Part shown: piece after piece, positions 23,810-35,220 of the stretch | Position numbering within the stretch: the stretch's first letter is position 1 | How the letters are laid out: the number at the start of each line of letters is the position of its first letter | Source of the DNA: Raillietiella orientalis | Taxonomy: Eukaryota | Reading direction: 5' to 3' | NCBI GenBank assembly: GCA_036172245.1 | Contig: JAYWIR010000041.1 | Location: 1,674,001-1,738,000 of the forward strand | DNA length: 64,000 bases | The notes under the pieces: generated by a model | What the model saw: the letters and a program-made list of their open reading frames with translations, nothing else | Told to the model about the DNA's origin: nothing | Databases searched by the model: none | Program-made: the position numbers and the translations under genes

Positions 23810-24900
23810 CCCGGACATGCCGGGGCATTTATTTAAGAAAATAAAAATACATAAACATTTTTCTTGTGGTGAGCATAAGAGCTCGCCACGTCACTGCAGC
23901 TTTCTGGCAGCCAGTGCACAGACTGGAGAGGTCCATCTTACGCGCTGGGATATAGGAAAAACAAACAAAAGGAAACAAAAAGTTAAACCTCGGGGGGGCG
24001 AAGAAAGGTCCATGGGTGGGGAGGGGCTTGGGAAGGGATCACATTGCGCTTTGCTGAGTCTTCTATATCCTTTTTAGGATCCTAACAAGCTGCGTCCTTG
24101 CTGCACCCAAGTGGCGCCACCTGCAGATGTTTCGCACGAAAAGGCGAGTCCACTGTATTCCTGCTATTTTGACGTCTTCTGGTCGCATTCCAAGCCGCCA
24201 CTATACCTCGAATGCAACAGAGCACTGCTACAGAAGCGGGCAGGGGTAAGGCGTCACGAGAAAAGAGGCGCCTGAAAATGTCCTTGGGGTCGCCCCCGCG
24301 AATGTCAAGGATCGCAGCAAGACGATTCCACTTCCACGAGTCCAATGGGTGAGTCCCCAATGCAAGACTAGCAACGCCACTTCCTGCCATTCCATGGGAA
24401 GGGTTCCAAGACTCTGGGGGTCAATTCACCTCCTCCGGAGGTAGTCCGAGTAGCTCGCCCCACGAAAACCTCCGATGTCGAGTGGAGGAACACTGAGGGT
24501 TCGATCCGCAGCGGTGAACCCGAAAAGCCCCCACCCAAACTGGGAGCACCTCCTCATTCTTGAATACCTTTCGCGGACTAGTCCTTCAGCAACAAAGGAA
24601 ACTCTTCACCCTCAAGGATTCTGGACCGCGACCCAACCCGGCTATCCTGAGTTTCATCTGTGCAGCAGTGGTGGCTCGACACTAGGTGGAACAGCAGCGG
24701 CACCGAAAGACGACCAAACACTCCATCACAGAATGGATGAGGAAGGAAACAAGCTGATCTCAGTTCTGCAAATAAACTCAAGAGAGCGTCGCTCGCATCA
24801 CAGGCAGGAAGACAAACAGCCGGTGATCTTCCTCACTCCTCCTCACTCCTGTCCCAATCCCGGTGCCACAAGCACTGTAGCTGGCTAATCCCCAATCTTC
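23810..24900 (-). mobile_element. Tx1/L1-like LINE 3' fragment
   Basis: WNRLAAILDIRGGDPKDIFRRLFSRDALP..SVAVLCCIRGIVAAWNA is homologous to the C-termini at 28583-29020 and 43096-43683. It has a T-rich 3' UTR, AATAAA and a terminal cccgg..ccggg. Confidence 0.8.
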
Positions 24901-25785
24901 ATAAAATCAACTCATCCATCTATTTTTGTTTTCTTTTTGTTCCTCCTGTTTGCCGCACCATTTTACCCGTTTTTTTGTTTTCGTTTTTTCTCTCGCTGCT
25001 GACTTGCGTCCCAGAGTTCAATGTAATTAATGTATGAAAAGATTCCTCATATGCATGTTTATTTAATTCCCTCAGGGATTCCGCTGTGACCGGGTTACAA
25101 ACGACAAAGACCAACGAACAGGTGGAGGAGGCAGTGGAATCTGCGTAAAGTTCCAGGCACATATCCGCCTCCGGACGTCCGCGGTTGAAATGTTCCAGGA
25201 AGGGTCGATGAAAAACTCGCTCATTCGTAGGTCCTTAAACCCATCGGCGTGCTTCCGCATTGCCACCCATAGGAACCGCATTTCACTTCTAATTCGAGGC
25301 CCTAACCGGTTGTAAACCAATTATTGAAAGGGGAAAAAAAAGAGAGAGAAAAAAAAAAACACGCATCGAGTAAAGATCTGAGGGAACTCAAAACAGTATG
25401 CCTCGTTGATCTTCCGACGCATGTAATGCTGCGTGTGCTCTGATCGATGTAACCATTATTTTCTCTCGATTTGCTTTTGGAAATTCTAGAAATTATGCAA
25501 ATAGGTGAATTATAATTGGTAATGCCATTGTTTTTTTTTTTCTTGTTTGCGCCAGCAGCAACTGCTTCCGAAAAAAGAACAGATTATGGTCTCTAGCTCT
25601 TCTCTCATCCGTTGTCAGCCAGTGATATCCCTGCAAAATGGCTTCCCTGGCAAAGAAATAGTGGAAGACTTTTGACAAATGGGATGCATTTCTTCTGTTG
25701 GTGAGGATGTTGGATTCTTAAAACTAAGTCGTTAAATTCATGTCTTCCAATTAAAAAAGATTGTCAGGCACGCTGATGGGGGAGG

Positions 25786-25810
25786 GTGTGTGTGTGTGTG
25801 TGTGTGTGTG
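25786..25810. repeat. (GT)n microsatellite
   Basis: Run of about 12 gt units. Confidence 0.95.
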
Positions 25811-25899
25811 TTTTCCTTTTGGAAAAGGACTAAAAATGGTCTTCATTAGCGGAATTTCTGGAAATTTGTTGCCTGAATTTTTCGAAGGATTCAAGGCAA

Positions 25900-26560
25900 C
25901 AGCGCTGGAAAGGATCGCACGATCCTCCTGAAAAGACGCAGCCGAGTTCCGCAAAGTCAAGTCGGTCGGGAACACGCGCTGACACAGGATTCGAGCACTA
26001 GGGATAAACGAACCGGGTTTGGCAATGCGGCCCTTTTCGGATCCTTGAGATGATCCTGGGACGCAGCCAACGACAAAGTGATGAAAGAACTGATCATAAT
26101 AAAAGACAGGCGGAGCGCATCCGAAAAGAAGTGATGTGATCGAGCAACTAATATTTCCTGGACATGGATCGGAAGAATCGCTTAAGTCACTGGTCATGAT
26201 GACCTTCTGAAGACAGGTGCCTACCCCTAAGACACCCTGCTTTTTAGAGGGAAGCTGAAGACCAGATGGAGAAAATAACTAAACCTGGTGGATGGCGGAA
26301 AACCCTCATTGTTTGCTTGCATTTCCCATGAAAGTGGCAAAAGACCAGTGGTGAATAAGTGGTCATCTTTTTAAGCAGCAAGCCCACTGGAGTCTGGACC
26401 CGTTCACCGGCTTCTTCCAGGCTATCCGTGCTCGTGTTTCGTGCTACATCACTCTCACATTCACTTTCACTCGTGTACATTCATGTGAAAAACCCTTTTC
26501 CCGGACAACACCTCTGCTCGCATAGATGCATTCTTTTCCGGGTTCCTTCCTTCAGGATTC
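25900..26560 (-). mobile_element. piggyBac-like transposase remnant (catalytic region)
   Basis: AEVLSGKRVF, FHGKCKQTMR..PPGLVIF (cf. F.G...KQY..KP..G.K), VFYYDQFF/ITLSLA (cf. VY.DNFFTS..L). Confidence 0.45.
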
Positions 26561-26639
26561 TGAATAAGAGGACATAGAGACTTCTTAGATGATTTAGGAT
26601 GAATGCTTGCTGTTTTCGCCTCCACTGAGCCTTGGAAAT

Positions 26640-27130
26640 TCCTCTGTCCCTCATGTTCTTCGATTTCAATGGGAGAATCGCGCCCGCTCTGTTGTTGGCC
26701 TGCGTTCCTCCGGAGCGTCCCGGCATCCAGGAAGGCAAGAAAGCAGGGCATGCCGACGTGGGAGTTGGTAACGGCGCTCAGGAGCACGCCGTTATGCTCT
26801 GCCCCAGTCCGGGGGCTGGCAGAAGTACCGACTCCCTGGAGCACGCATGATCTCCATCCTTTTGCAGTCCGCCTTGTGCCGGTGAGTAGGTCAACCTTGA
26901 CTTGCGAGCTGGGGAGGTTCCTGCGATCATAGACCCCACTGTCCCAGACGAAGTGGTAGGGCTTGCTTTGCTGGGCCGCGTTCACATTGCCTTCGCAGTC
27001 CAGGTCTTCCGGAGGACTGCAGCGGAGCAGCTCTCCCCTCCGGGAGGAGTGCGTAGCTCGACACAGCAGGTGGGGGCAAACGGAATCACTGAGCCGAGGA
27101 CGGCGTGTGGCGAGTGTGGCGGGCAGTCCG
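26640..27130 (-). mobile_element. Tx1/L1-like ORF2 post-RT fragment
   Basis: YHFVWD followed by RLTYSPAQGGL, matching the F.W...L..P...GGL motif of L1/Tx1 ORF2. Confidence 0.55.
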
Positions 27131-27559
27131 CATCGTTGTCGGGGAGAAATCGTAGATGACGAACGGGATGGGATATGCGACGACGCCGACGACTACCTCC
27201 GCCACAAGGCTGAAGAATTCCTTTGTGGCCTCACAAGGGAATCCCAGAGGCAGTGGTGCTAGCATGATCAGTTAGCTAAACGCGTTCCTTTGGGATTCTT
27301 GCATACACCGCGTACACTCCACTTTGCTTGAGTTTCTCTCACAGCTTGCACTCTCGCCCCGCACGGCGTGCGTTTACGTCTTTTTCTCCATGGTTTCAGC
27401 ATGCAGGAAGAAGAATGTGGGCTGAATTGAAAGTTCCATTTTTTCTTTGCGATGGAAAGGCTTCAGGATCTGTGGCGAAGTCTGACTTAAGCTCTGTTGC
27501 ATCCTAAGGAGACTTGGTTGCGACGTTTCTTCGCACGCGAGGAGTTTCCTTTGGTGTAG

Positions 27560-27980
27560 AGCGGTGATCTCAGCGTTGAGTAGCGTGGTGCACCATCTTG
27601 GCCTCCTGGGTCGCCCTGGAGCCACACTATGCAGCAACGGAAAGTCACTTATCCAGCAGGTGCCTTTGCGAGGGCTGCAACGAGGCGGCCCTACTTGTCA
27701 CGAGAAAGAAATCTCCAGGGAGTCTACCCGCATCTCGGGAAGACTGAAGAGAGGAAGGAACAGACTATAACAAAGATTCTTGTCTCCTCCCCCTTTATCT
27801 TTTTTTTAATGTATCTATTGTCTCCTCCTTTTTGTTCCGGACTCTCTGCTTGCCCATCTGCGTGTCGGTGAACCCTCGTCGTGGACTTTTATTTGCTTCC
27901 CTTGGAAACTCGTCTCCCAAGTTTTTGCAAGTTTCTTTTTAGAGAGAGAAGCACCCCGGAGTGATCAGGCAAGAAAGGAA
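27560..27980 (+). mobile_element. Tx1/L1-like LINE 3' end, diverged
   Basis: ARAATRRPYLSRERNLQGV aligns with LRMATRWPHLDRMQRELTSI of the other copies. A pyrimidine-rich 3' UTR follows. Confidence 0.5.
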
Positions 27981-28370
27981 AACCCCCTGCAGTCATCGCA
28001 TTTTCGAACTACGAACAGAGGGAAGTAACCACCAGGCTAGAAGAAACTGATTTCAGGAGAGCAGGTTCCGTTGCAGCTGCCGTGGAGCGGCTGTGAAGCA
28101 GGTTAAGGACCCCTTCCTTCTAGTCTGATGGTTTCGTGCTGTTGAGTCACTGCCTCAAGCTTCTTGGACCTGCTTCTTACAGTCGGTATCACAGTTAAAG
28201 AGAGTGATCGTCGGTTCAGTTCATCATCAGATGACGAGATTCCACCATGAAACAAAGAAATTTCCCCAGAGGACTCGAGCGAGGATGCTAAGAGCACTCT
28301 CATACCAATTCTTCGGAGCAGTGGATTTTAAACCTTCCGAGTTAATTGTGATCACCTCTGCAGAGTTGTC

Positions 28371-29480
28371 ACCCGGTACTCCGGGACGTTTATTCAGTAC
28401 AAAAATAAACGTTCACAATTTTTGTGGTATAACCAGTGGTCCAATTACGCCCATTTCAAAGGGAGCCTGCCGGATTGCCGGCACGCACACCGGTGGGGTT
28501 CCTCTCGGCAGCAAAGGAGAGGGGGCAAACAAAAAGAAACAAAAATAAAAAATAAATAAACTTGGGAGGGTGCGGGAGGAAATCACATTCTGCTGAGGGC
28601 GGTACTCTGCATCCTTTCGAGGATGCTGGTAAGTTCGCGCTGCATACGATCCAGGTGAGGCCATCTTGTTGCCATCCTCAGGAAGCGGACGGCAAAGTGA
28701 ATGGCATCTCTGTCGCTCCGTCCTCTTGCATTGCTCCAGGCCCTTACAATCCTGCGTAGACAGCGGAGAGCTGCTAGCGAGGCTGCTGGACCAAGGGCGT
28801 CGCGTACGAGGAAGGTTCTTAATGCGTCCCTGGGGTTGCCGCCGGGGGCTCCTAGGGTCGCGGCAAAGCGTTTCCAGAGGGGCTGGAGAGCAACACAATC
28901 TACAAGCAGGTTCAAGAGGGATTCAAGTTCCCCGCAACTGACACAGTTCGGGTATACACGCACCCGGGTCCAGTGATGCCTGCGGGCGCTGCATGGGAGA
29001 CCCCAGTGCAGCTGCATCAACGCAGACTCCTACTACTCGAAAGGGAGGGTACGAGTGTCTAAGGGCACTGGGGGCCACTGTAGATTTTTTACTGGAACAT
29101 CCAGCAGCTCACTCCAATGCAGAGTCCTCGTGGTGTGGCTCTCGGGGTCGCAGCGTCTGTAAGCTCGCCCGTCGTCCACTCACGCAGTTCTTTTCTCCTG
29201 CCGGAGATCTCTATGGATACAACCCAGCTTGCCGGAATGCTTCTGCCCCTGTGTTCCCTCAGAGAAGGAAGCGCTGCGGCAAGGGAGATTGTTCCTGTCC
29301 ATGCACTCTTCCCGGGATGTTTAAGGATCTCCCGGAGAGAGCAACTCCTGTAAGATCCGTACAGGAATCGCTAGGCAACACCTCTGCAATGTCTGTACAC
29401 CGTCTGACTCTGGTTCAAACCGTTGTCGGCACTGACTTTGCTGTCCTGAAATCAAATCTCACCTAAGGGGAGTAATATTA
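28371..29480 (-). mobile_element. Tx1/L1-like LINE 3' fragment (zf-RVT/CCHC region + 3' UTR), copy A
   Basis: LHWGLP..RHHWTRVRVYPNCVSCGELESLLNLLVDCVALQPLWKRF. Bases ~28400-29112 are near-identical to ~45546-46292. Confidence 0.9.
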
Positions 29481-29889
29481 TACTCTTGGGAAGCATAGGC
29501 TCTAGTATCCAAGTCCATCTCCTCATCTCTGCGTGGGCTGAGAACGCGCGAGACGGGCTCTCCTCTGCAGGAAAAGGAGCCAGTGGTCAGACAAGACCGA
29601 GTGCCTGCTCTCTTTGCTTTTCCTGGAGCCTTATAAAACCATTTGCCTCTATTCGAAAGGACAGTTCCCGTCGATTAGGATAACCCAACCTTTGCTTTGG
29701 TGTCAAGGTATTCAATCAGCCCATCCCTTGGAGGAACTCCAAGGGATGGGCTGACTTGGCCGACTTGGCTTGAAAGGCTGACTCGGAGTGACGCTTCGTG
29801 ATTGTATGGGCACTATGAAACGGCAAGACAAGCCTATGTTCCCCCTCCTGTATCCTAGGGATCTGTCGCTATGCTGCGAGAGATCTATG

Positions 29890-31000
29890 AAGCCGGCTCG
29901 TTCCAGCGCTACAGAGGCTCTTCCTCTAGTGAAGAAATGGAGAGCGAATCCGTGGTAGATGTTCTTGTGTTGTCTTGCCTCTTTCGAATCTGCGGCTGAT
30001 GGTTTGTAGGGACTAGGGAGTCCTCCAGAAGCCAAACGACTCTTTCGTTTTTTCCAAAGAGGAAAAGGGAGGGAAAAGGGAAATAAACAAAAAACAAATA
30101 AACCAAAAAAGGGCCAAAATGTGGGGGAAGCAAGGGAAGGGATCACTGCTATCTCCCTCGCGTCCTCTACATCCTTTGCAGGGTGCCGGTAAGTTCCTCC
30201 TTCTGTTGAGGGAGATGTGGCCATTCCGTAATCACCTTCAAAAAGATCACTAATGGAAAGAAGTCTATCATCGTGGTAGCTTTTAGGCGTTACGACCCCA
30301 AGTAAGTAGCACGGAGCTGCAGCGATTGACGCCGCAAGCGAAGAGACCTCTCAGAATGCGTCTCTCGTCAACTCTCGGTGAGCTCGGGGACGAAGGCAAA
30401 CGTTCCCAAACACTCTGGAGGGGAAACGCACTCGAAATGCAGGTGCAGGAAGATTTCTTCCTCACCACACCTGGCACAGTGAGAGGCTCCACCTCCCCTG
30501 GTCCAGTGGTGGACGCGTGTGTTGCGTGGGATAGCCCAATGCAGCAGTGGCAGCCCCAAATCCTGTCACTCCAAGGGAAGCACGGAACTGTTTAAAATAC
30601 CTCGGGGATCTCTGCTTCATCCCACGGGATTCCAGGAGATCCGCCTAGTGGAAAAGTTCTTTTGGGGAAGGAGGACAGCGGGGGTGGAAGTATCAGCTAG
30701 CTGATGCTCCTCCCATCAACCCAAGAGTATCTTCTTTCCTGCTATTTGGTGGCAGGACGGCGGCCAATTTGCCAATGTCTTGATTTTCCTGTAGGAACAT
30801 CAGCGCCGTAGAGATGTTGTTGAGACCATGTGGTTTTCCCGGAGCATTCCAAAATCTTCTTTAACAAGGACGAAGCGTAAATGCCACAGGCATGTCGTTC
30901 CCTCCTGTTGCAGTTTGGAATCGCTTTCCAGCATTGGTCTATACTAGCGCTATCAGCTCCCAATTTTCCTAGACAGTGCTTGGTCGAAGCTGCCACTTCA
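29890..31000 (-). mobile_element. Tx1/L1-like LINE 3' fragment, diverged
   Basis: LHWAIP..RVHHWT..HCARCGEEEIFLHLHFEC..VWERL. The 3' UTR is similar to those of the other copies. Confidence 0.75.
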
Positions 31001-31029
31001 ACATGATCCCTCACTCCGAGTTGCCAGCA

Positions 31030-31660
31030 CGGTGGCTGAGAATGGGGTTGAGAAGTTCCTGTTACCCCACGCATCTCCTGCACATGAGACCGCCACTCTC
31101 CCTGGTGGGTGCCTCTCACACAGTGTGAGGGACCCCTTCGGTTCGTTCAGGTAGAGTAGGTGTGTAGCTACCTCTACAGATGCTGAAGGAGCAGGCTCCC
31201 CATCCGGGAGGAACTCTCCAAGCCGCACTGATGGAGCAGATGTGTAGCCACCTCTCCAGAGAGTGCAAAGAAGCGAACCGATTTCTTCGAGGAAGCAGTG
31301 CCCTTCTGAATTTCGGAAGCGTCCTTCCGGAGTTCCTTTCAGAGGAGTAAACAGGAGTGGTCCACTTTCCGGGAGGTTCCTCCAGAGAGAATGAGGGAGG
31401 GGTGATTTTGTTCGGGGTTCCCTTCAGAGACAACCAGAGGGGAGGTTCCCTTGCGATATCCCTTTCCAGGCGTGAGGACAGACTCCGATCCCTTCCTGGA
31501 TTTATGAAGCGAACCTCTTCCGGGTACCTTCCGGGTATCTTGAAGAATTGCATGCACCCTCGGGTGGCGTGGAGCAGTGTGAAAGAGTTGTGCGAGCCGC
31601 GACGCTCTTGAGGTACTGAGCTAACCAAAAAAAATAAAACCCGAGAAAAAAAAGAAAAAA
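31030..31660 (+). mobile_element. SINE-family copy lacking a recognisable tRNA head
   Basis: Reverse-complement match to the 7470-7790 and 59130-59290 bodies (ttctgaatttcggaagcgtcc; gcaccctcgggtggcgtgga). A-rich tail at ~31627-31660. Confidence 0.75.
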
Positions 31661-32749
31661 ACTGGAAGGAAAACAGCGAAGACAGAATAAGAACCCAAAA
31701 GTTTTCCATCATCCTCGTGAGCAAATGGAAAAGTTCCCAACCCTTAATTATCCTTCTTTAAACGCAAAGAGTCCTCAGATCGATCCTGTCCTTTGTAGGC
31801 CATGGCCCACCCTTAGTACGGGCACGTTGTGACAGGAAAGGCTAGTGCTTCCTTGAAGTCGATCATTCGCAGAATCCGCACCAGAAGTTGCAGGTGTGGA
31901 TGACCTCGACAACCATCCAGCATATCAGGGTCTCACCGGTTGGCCTGCTCCTTCGACTAAGTACAGGTGTTCCCACTCTCCCGCTCTCTGGAATCGCGCG
32001 CGGAGCAACAAGACCGATGACACAGCAAATTTCTGAAGCCAGAACCTGGTGGTTAGTGGATGACTAACCAAGCTGCATTAATCTCGAAGATGTTCGAGGT
32101 TGTCGAGTTCCCAGTTCCTACGTTTATGTTCCTTAATTCGTTCATATTCCTGCCCACAAATTGAGATGAGCATCCGCGCGACCAGGAGGATTACTGAGAC
32201 CCTTTCAAAGTGGTGCCTCGAGAAAGGAATTGTCCATGTGTAAGATACTGTTGTTTATAGTCTCCGAGACAAGCTATGATCCTGCACGCGTCTCCTTGAT
32301 TCTCCAGCTGCAAAGCTTATGAGGAAATCTGCCGTTCAACACGCGACTGCGTTGCCTATTTGTTTTCATATCTTCCCATGATACATGGAAAGTGCTCTTT
32401 GAGGACCTAACCGTTTGTTTCACTTGGGGGAAGGATGGTATCTGCCTTATCTCCAGTCTTCACGCGCTCCGTTGATAGAGAGAGAGAGAGTCAGCCGAAG
32501 AGTTTCTTGCTCACTCCATTCCAGGATTCCCATCTCCTGAGATCCATACGGTCACGTCGTTTCCTCTGCGATGGTCATCGGACCTTCCGCGTTTCTCTTT
32601 CCTCTTTGTCTTCCAGCCGCAAAGGACGATCGGAAGAGGTTGCCTTCCTCTCTTCCATCCCGACGAATCTGCACGGGCACTCTCTTGGCGGTTTGGCTGA
32701 AGCAAGAAGGGAACCAATATTCTCCGGAAGAATCAGATAGGGATAAGGG

Positions 32750-33880
32750 AGAGGGGAACGAGGCGAAGACACCTGAGCGTGCATCTCGAAAGTGGCGATA
32801 CAGCCTTGAGCGGCAGCATCCCTGCGTGGAAGTGTGTGACGTTTCCTCCGCAAAGGCGTGGCCCGACTTCCATCATTTCTCCCCTCGCCGCAGAGCTGTC
32901 TGCCCTCAGGGCAAGCTACGACAGTAGCCAACCGGCGAGGTGGGAGTTCTGCGTCGTTGCGGGAAGAAACAAACTCTTGGCGACTGGAAGACGCGCGAGC
33001 TGGTGGATACTTCCACTCCGCGTGCCATGGCTACGGGACTCCTTCTGTGGAGCGAACTTTCGAGTCTTGTCCCCGAAGAACTTGTGATCCCCCCTCCCCC
33101 CATTGCTTGAACACTCCAGTGTTTCCTCTCTTCTGGAAACAGGCCGTGCTGCTCTTCCTCCGCTGGGGATTCCAGTGCAACGAGAGGCGACACTGCGTGT
33201 CCTCAAGGGTTGCCACCCCCCTGCGAAGCAGGTGCGGGTCGGCGCGGAGTCGATCCCGCCGCACCTGCTTTTGGACGGCGGTGTCCTCCAGGAATCGTGG
33301 CGGATGCTGGCATCAACACTCCTGCACCGGGAAGACACCGCCTGAGATGTGCTGCCACGCTTCTTCGCTCCGGGAGGACTCTCGACTGTAGCGGTGGTAG
33401 CTCGCCATGTGCTCGAGACAACCACGTAGCGAAGGGAGGTCACTGAAGTGGCAGCCACCTACATGAGGACGGCTGCAAGGTGACCTCACCTGGAACAGGA
33501 ACTGAAGGAAGAGATCCGCTGGCATCCAGCGTTGGTTTGAGGACAGTTAGGAACGGCGGAAACCTCTGACCCTTGTCCCCTGACTCCCTTTATTTTTTCC
33601 TCATTCTCCATTCCTCATCCCTCTTAGTTTTTTGTTTTGATCCCGGTGCACACGGAACGAATTCAAAGATCCCTGTCCTATCCCACCATATTTGTTTTAT
33701 TTATTGATTTTTTGTGTGTGTGTTTTCCCCCTTCCCTCTCCTTGCCGGACTTTTGGTTATCCCTGCCTGTGTTCTGCGTGTCGATGGACCTTCTTCTTGG
33801 AGTTCTTTTGTCGTCGGTTGGGAACCAGCGTGTTCCCGACTGGTTTATTTTTCACCCGGGGGTGACCGGGTGAAAAACTT
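32750..33880 (+). mobile_element. Tx1/L1-like APE endonuclease fragment followed by a family 3' UTR
   Basis: AGDSSA (cf. GDFN) and LTWNR in APE order. A T-rich UTR follows and ends in tttttcacccgg-gggtga-ccgggtgaaaaa. Confidence 0.5.
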
Positions 33881-34749
33881 CCATCATTTGCACAGAGGCG
33901 ACTTCCACCATTTGGAAGCGCATGGAAAAGAGCCGCGGTCACCTCTGCGCGCGCTCTCCGAGACGTCTCCAGTCGCCGCATGCCTAAGTACATCGCGCTG
34001 ATCTGATTGCCCGACCTACAGCTCGTGTCCCCAGGCAAGTACCGGCGTAATGGGGGGAAAACGCTTACCGAAAATACCGGCTCGCGCTTTCCTCGCTTTC
34101 CGCTCGAGGCATCCGCGAAACGCGGTCATGTGATCTCTGGCGTCACGCCGTGTGGAGCGACTGGGGAGGAGTTGAAGCTCGTGGGGCTCCGAACAACCAG
34201 GAGGAAGGCACCGTCCCCCCCCCTCCTCCTCCCCCTTCCCGCTGCGGTAACCGCACCGCTTTGCAGCAGGTCCGAGCATCTGAAAAATTCCTGGAGAGCC
34301 GCTCTCTGATCCTGCTCGGAGAGGGATTGCGCGCGCGCACGTGGCTTGCAGAAATTCATTGGTCCAGGGCGTACTCGGCCACCGATCGACGCCATTCCCA
34401 TCGAGGGAAACAAGCTCGCTCGTCCCGATCGACACAGAGCACATTTTTATCATCAACAATCCACTTTCACAAATTGGAAACCCCGTGGAGGGAGAAGAAA
34501 AAAAAAACGTGGATGGCTTCATTTTTCTTTCGAATACGCGACGGCTCTCTGAATCAGCAAAAGATGACTGAAAGATATGAATACCATTTAATAAGCTGGG
34601 AGATGAAATAAGCTCTGAGCTCTCTGGATAGGAAAAGCAATCTCGCATCCAATTTTTCCGATTAGAACCTGATTTGGGAGCAGCAGGAAAATCACTCCGG
34701 AAACGCGGGCGCATCCGGGAAGCTTCTGGAGGAGGCGCGGGATCGGAGA

Positions 34750-35220
34750 AAGGAGGCAGGAAAAGGAAGGAAACGTGGAATCCGAGCCGCTTGGCGACTC
34801 CGCAGTGGGAAACTGGCTCTCTGCCGGGAACGAAGGCCACCCGGAGGTGGAGTCTGGTGATGGACGGTTCGTCGTCACCCTCGGTCCTTTGCAGATCCCG
34901 GATCAGGTCCGACAGGTCTTCGCGGGGATCTTGGACAAAGGGATGCAGCAAGGAAGGATCGTCGTGATTTGATCTCTCCCGCGGTGGTCGGTGTAGCCGG
35001 GCTGCGGTGTTTTTGTGCCTCCTTTTGCTCGCCTGCCTGTGGGAAGGCCGCATACAGGGAAAGCAGACCTTCGTGCTGACCGCGCCGCAACAGCAGCAGC
35101 AGACACCGAGAGGGGAGGTCACGGAAGAACCGGTCCTCCCAATCTCTCACCGCCGAATTTCCTCTTGGAGACTTTCAGAGCATGGCGAACAGGGAGGTCC
35201 CGATGGAGCGTCCTTCGTAG
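34750..35220 (+). mobile_element. L1/Tx1 ORF2 linker / RT N-terminal fragment
   Basis: DGRFVVT..IPDQVRQVFAGIL, then PIS..FLLETFRAWRTGR / GGPDG (cf. KSPGPDG). Confidence 0.55.

Noticed and set aside
34016..35122. Longest ORF in the track (368 aa, minus strand)
   Set aside because: It is antisense to plus-strand LINE fragments, crosses homopolymer runs and has no domain motifs. It is a GC-rich chance ORF.
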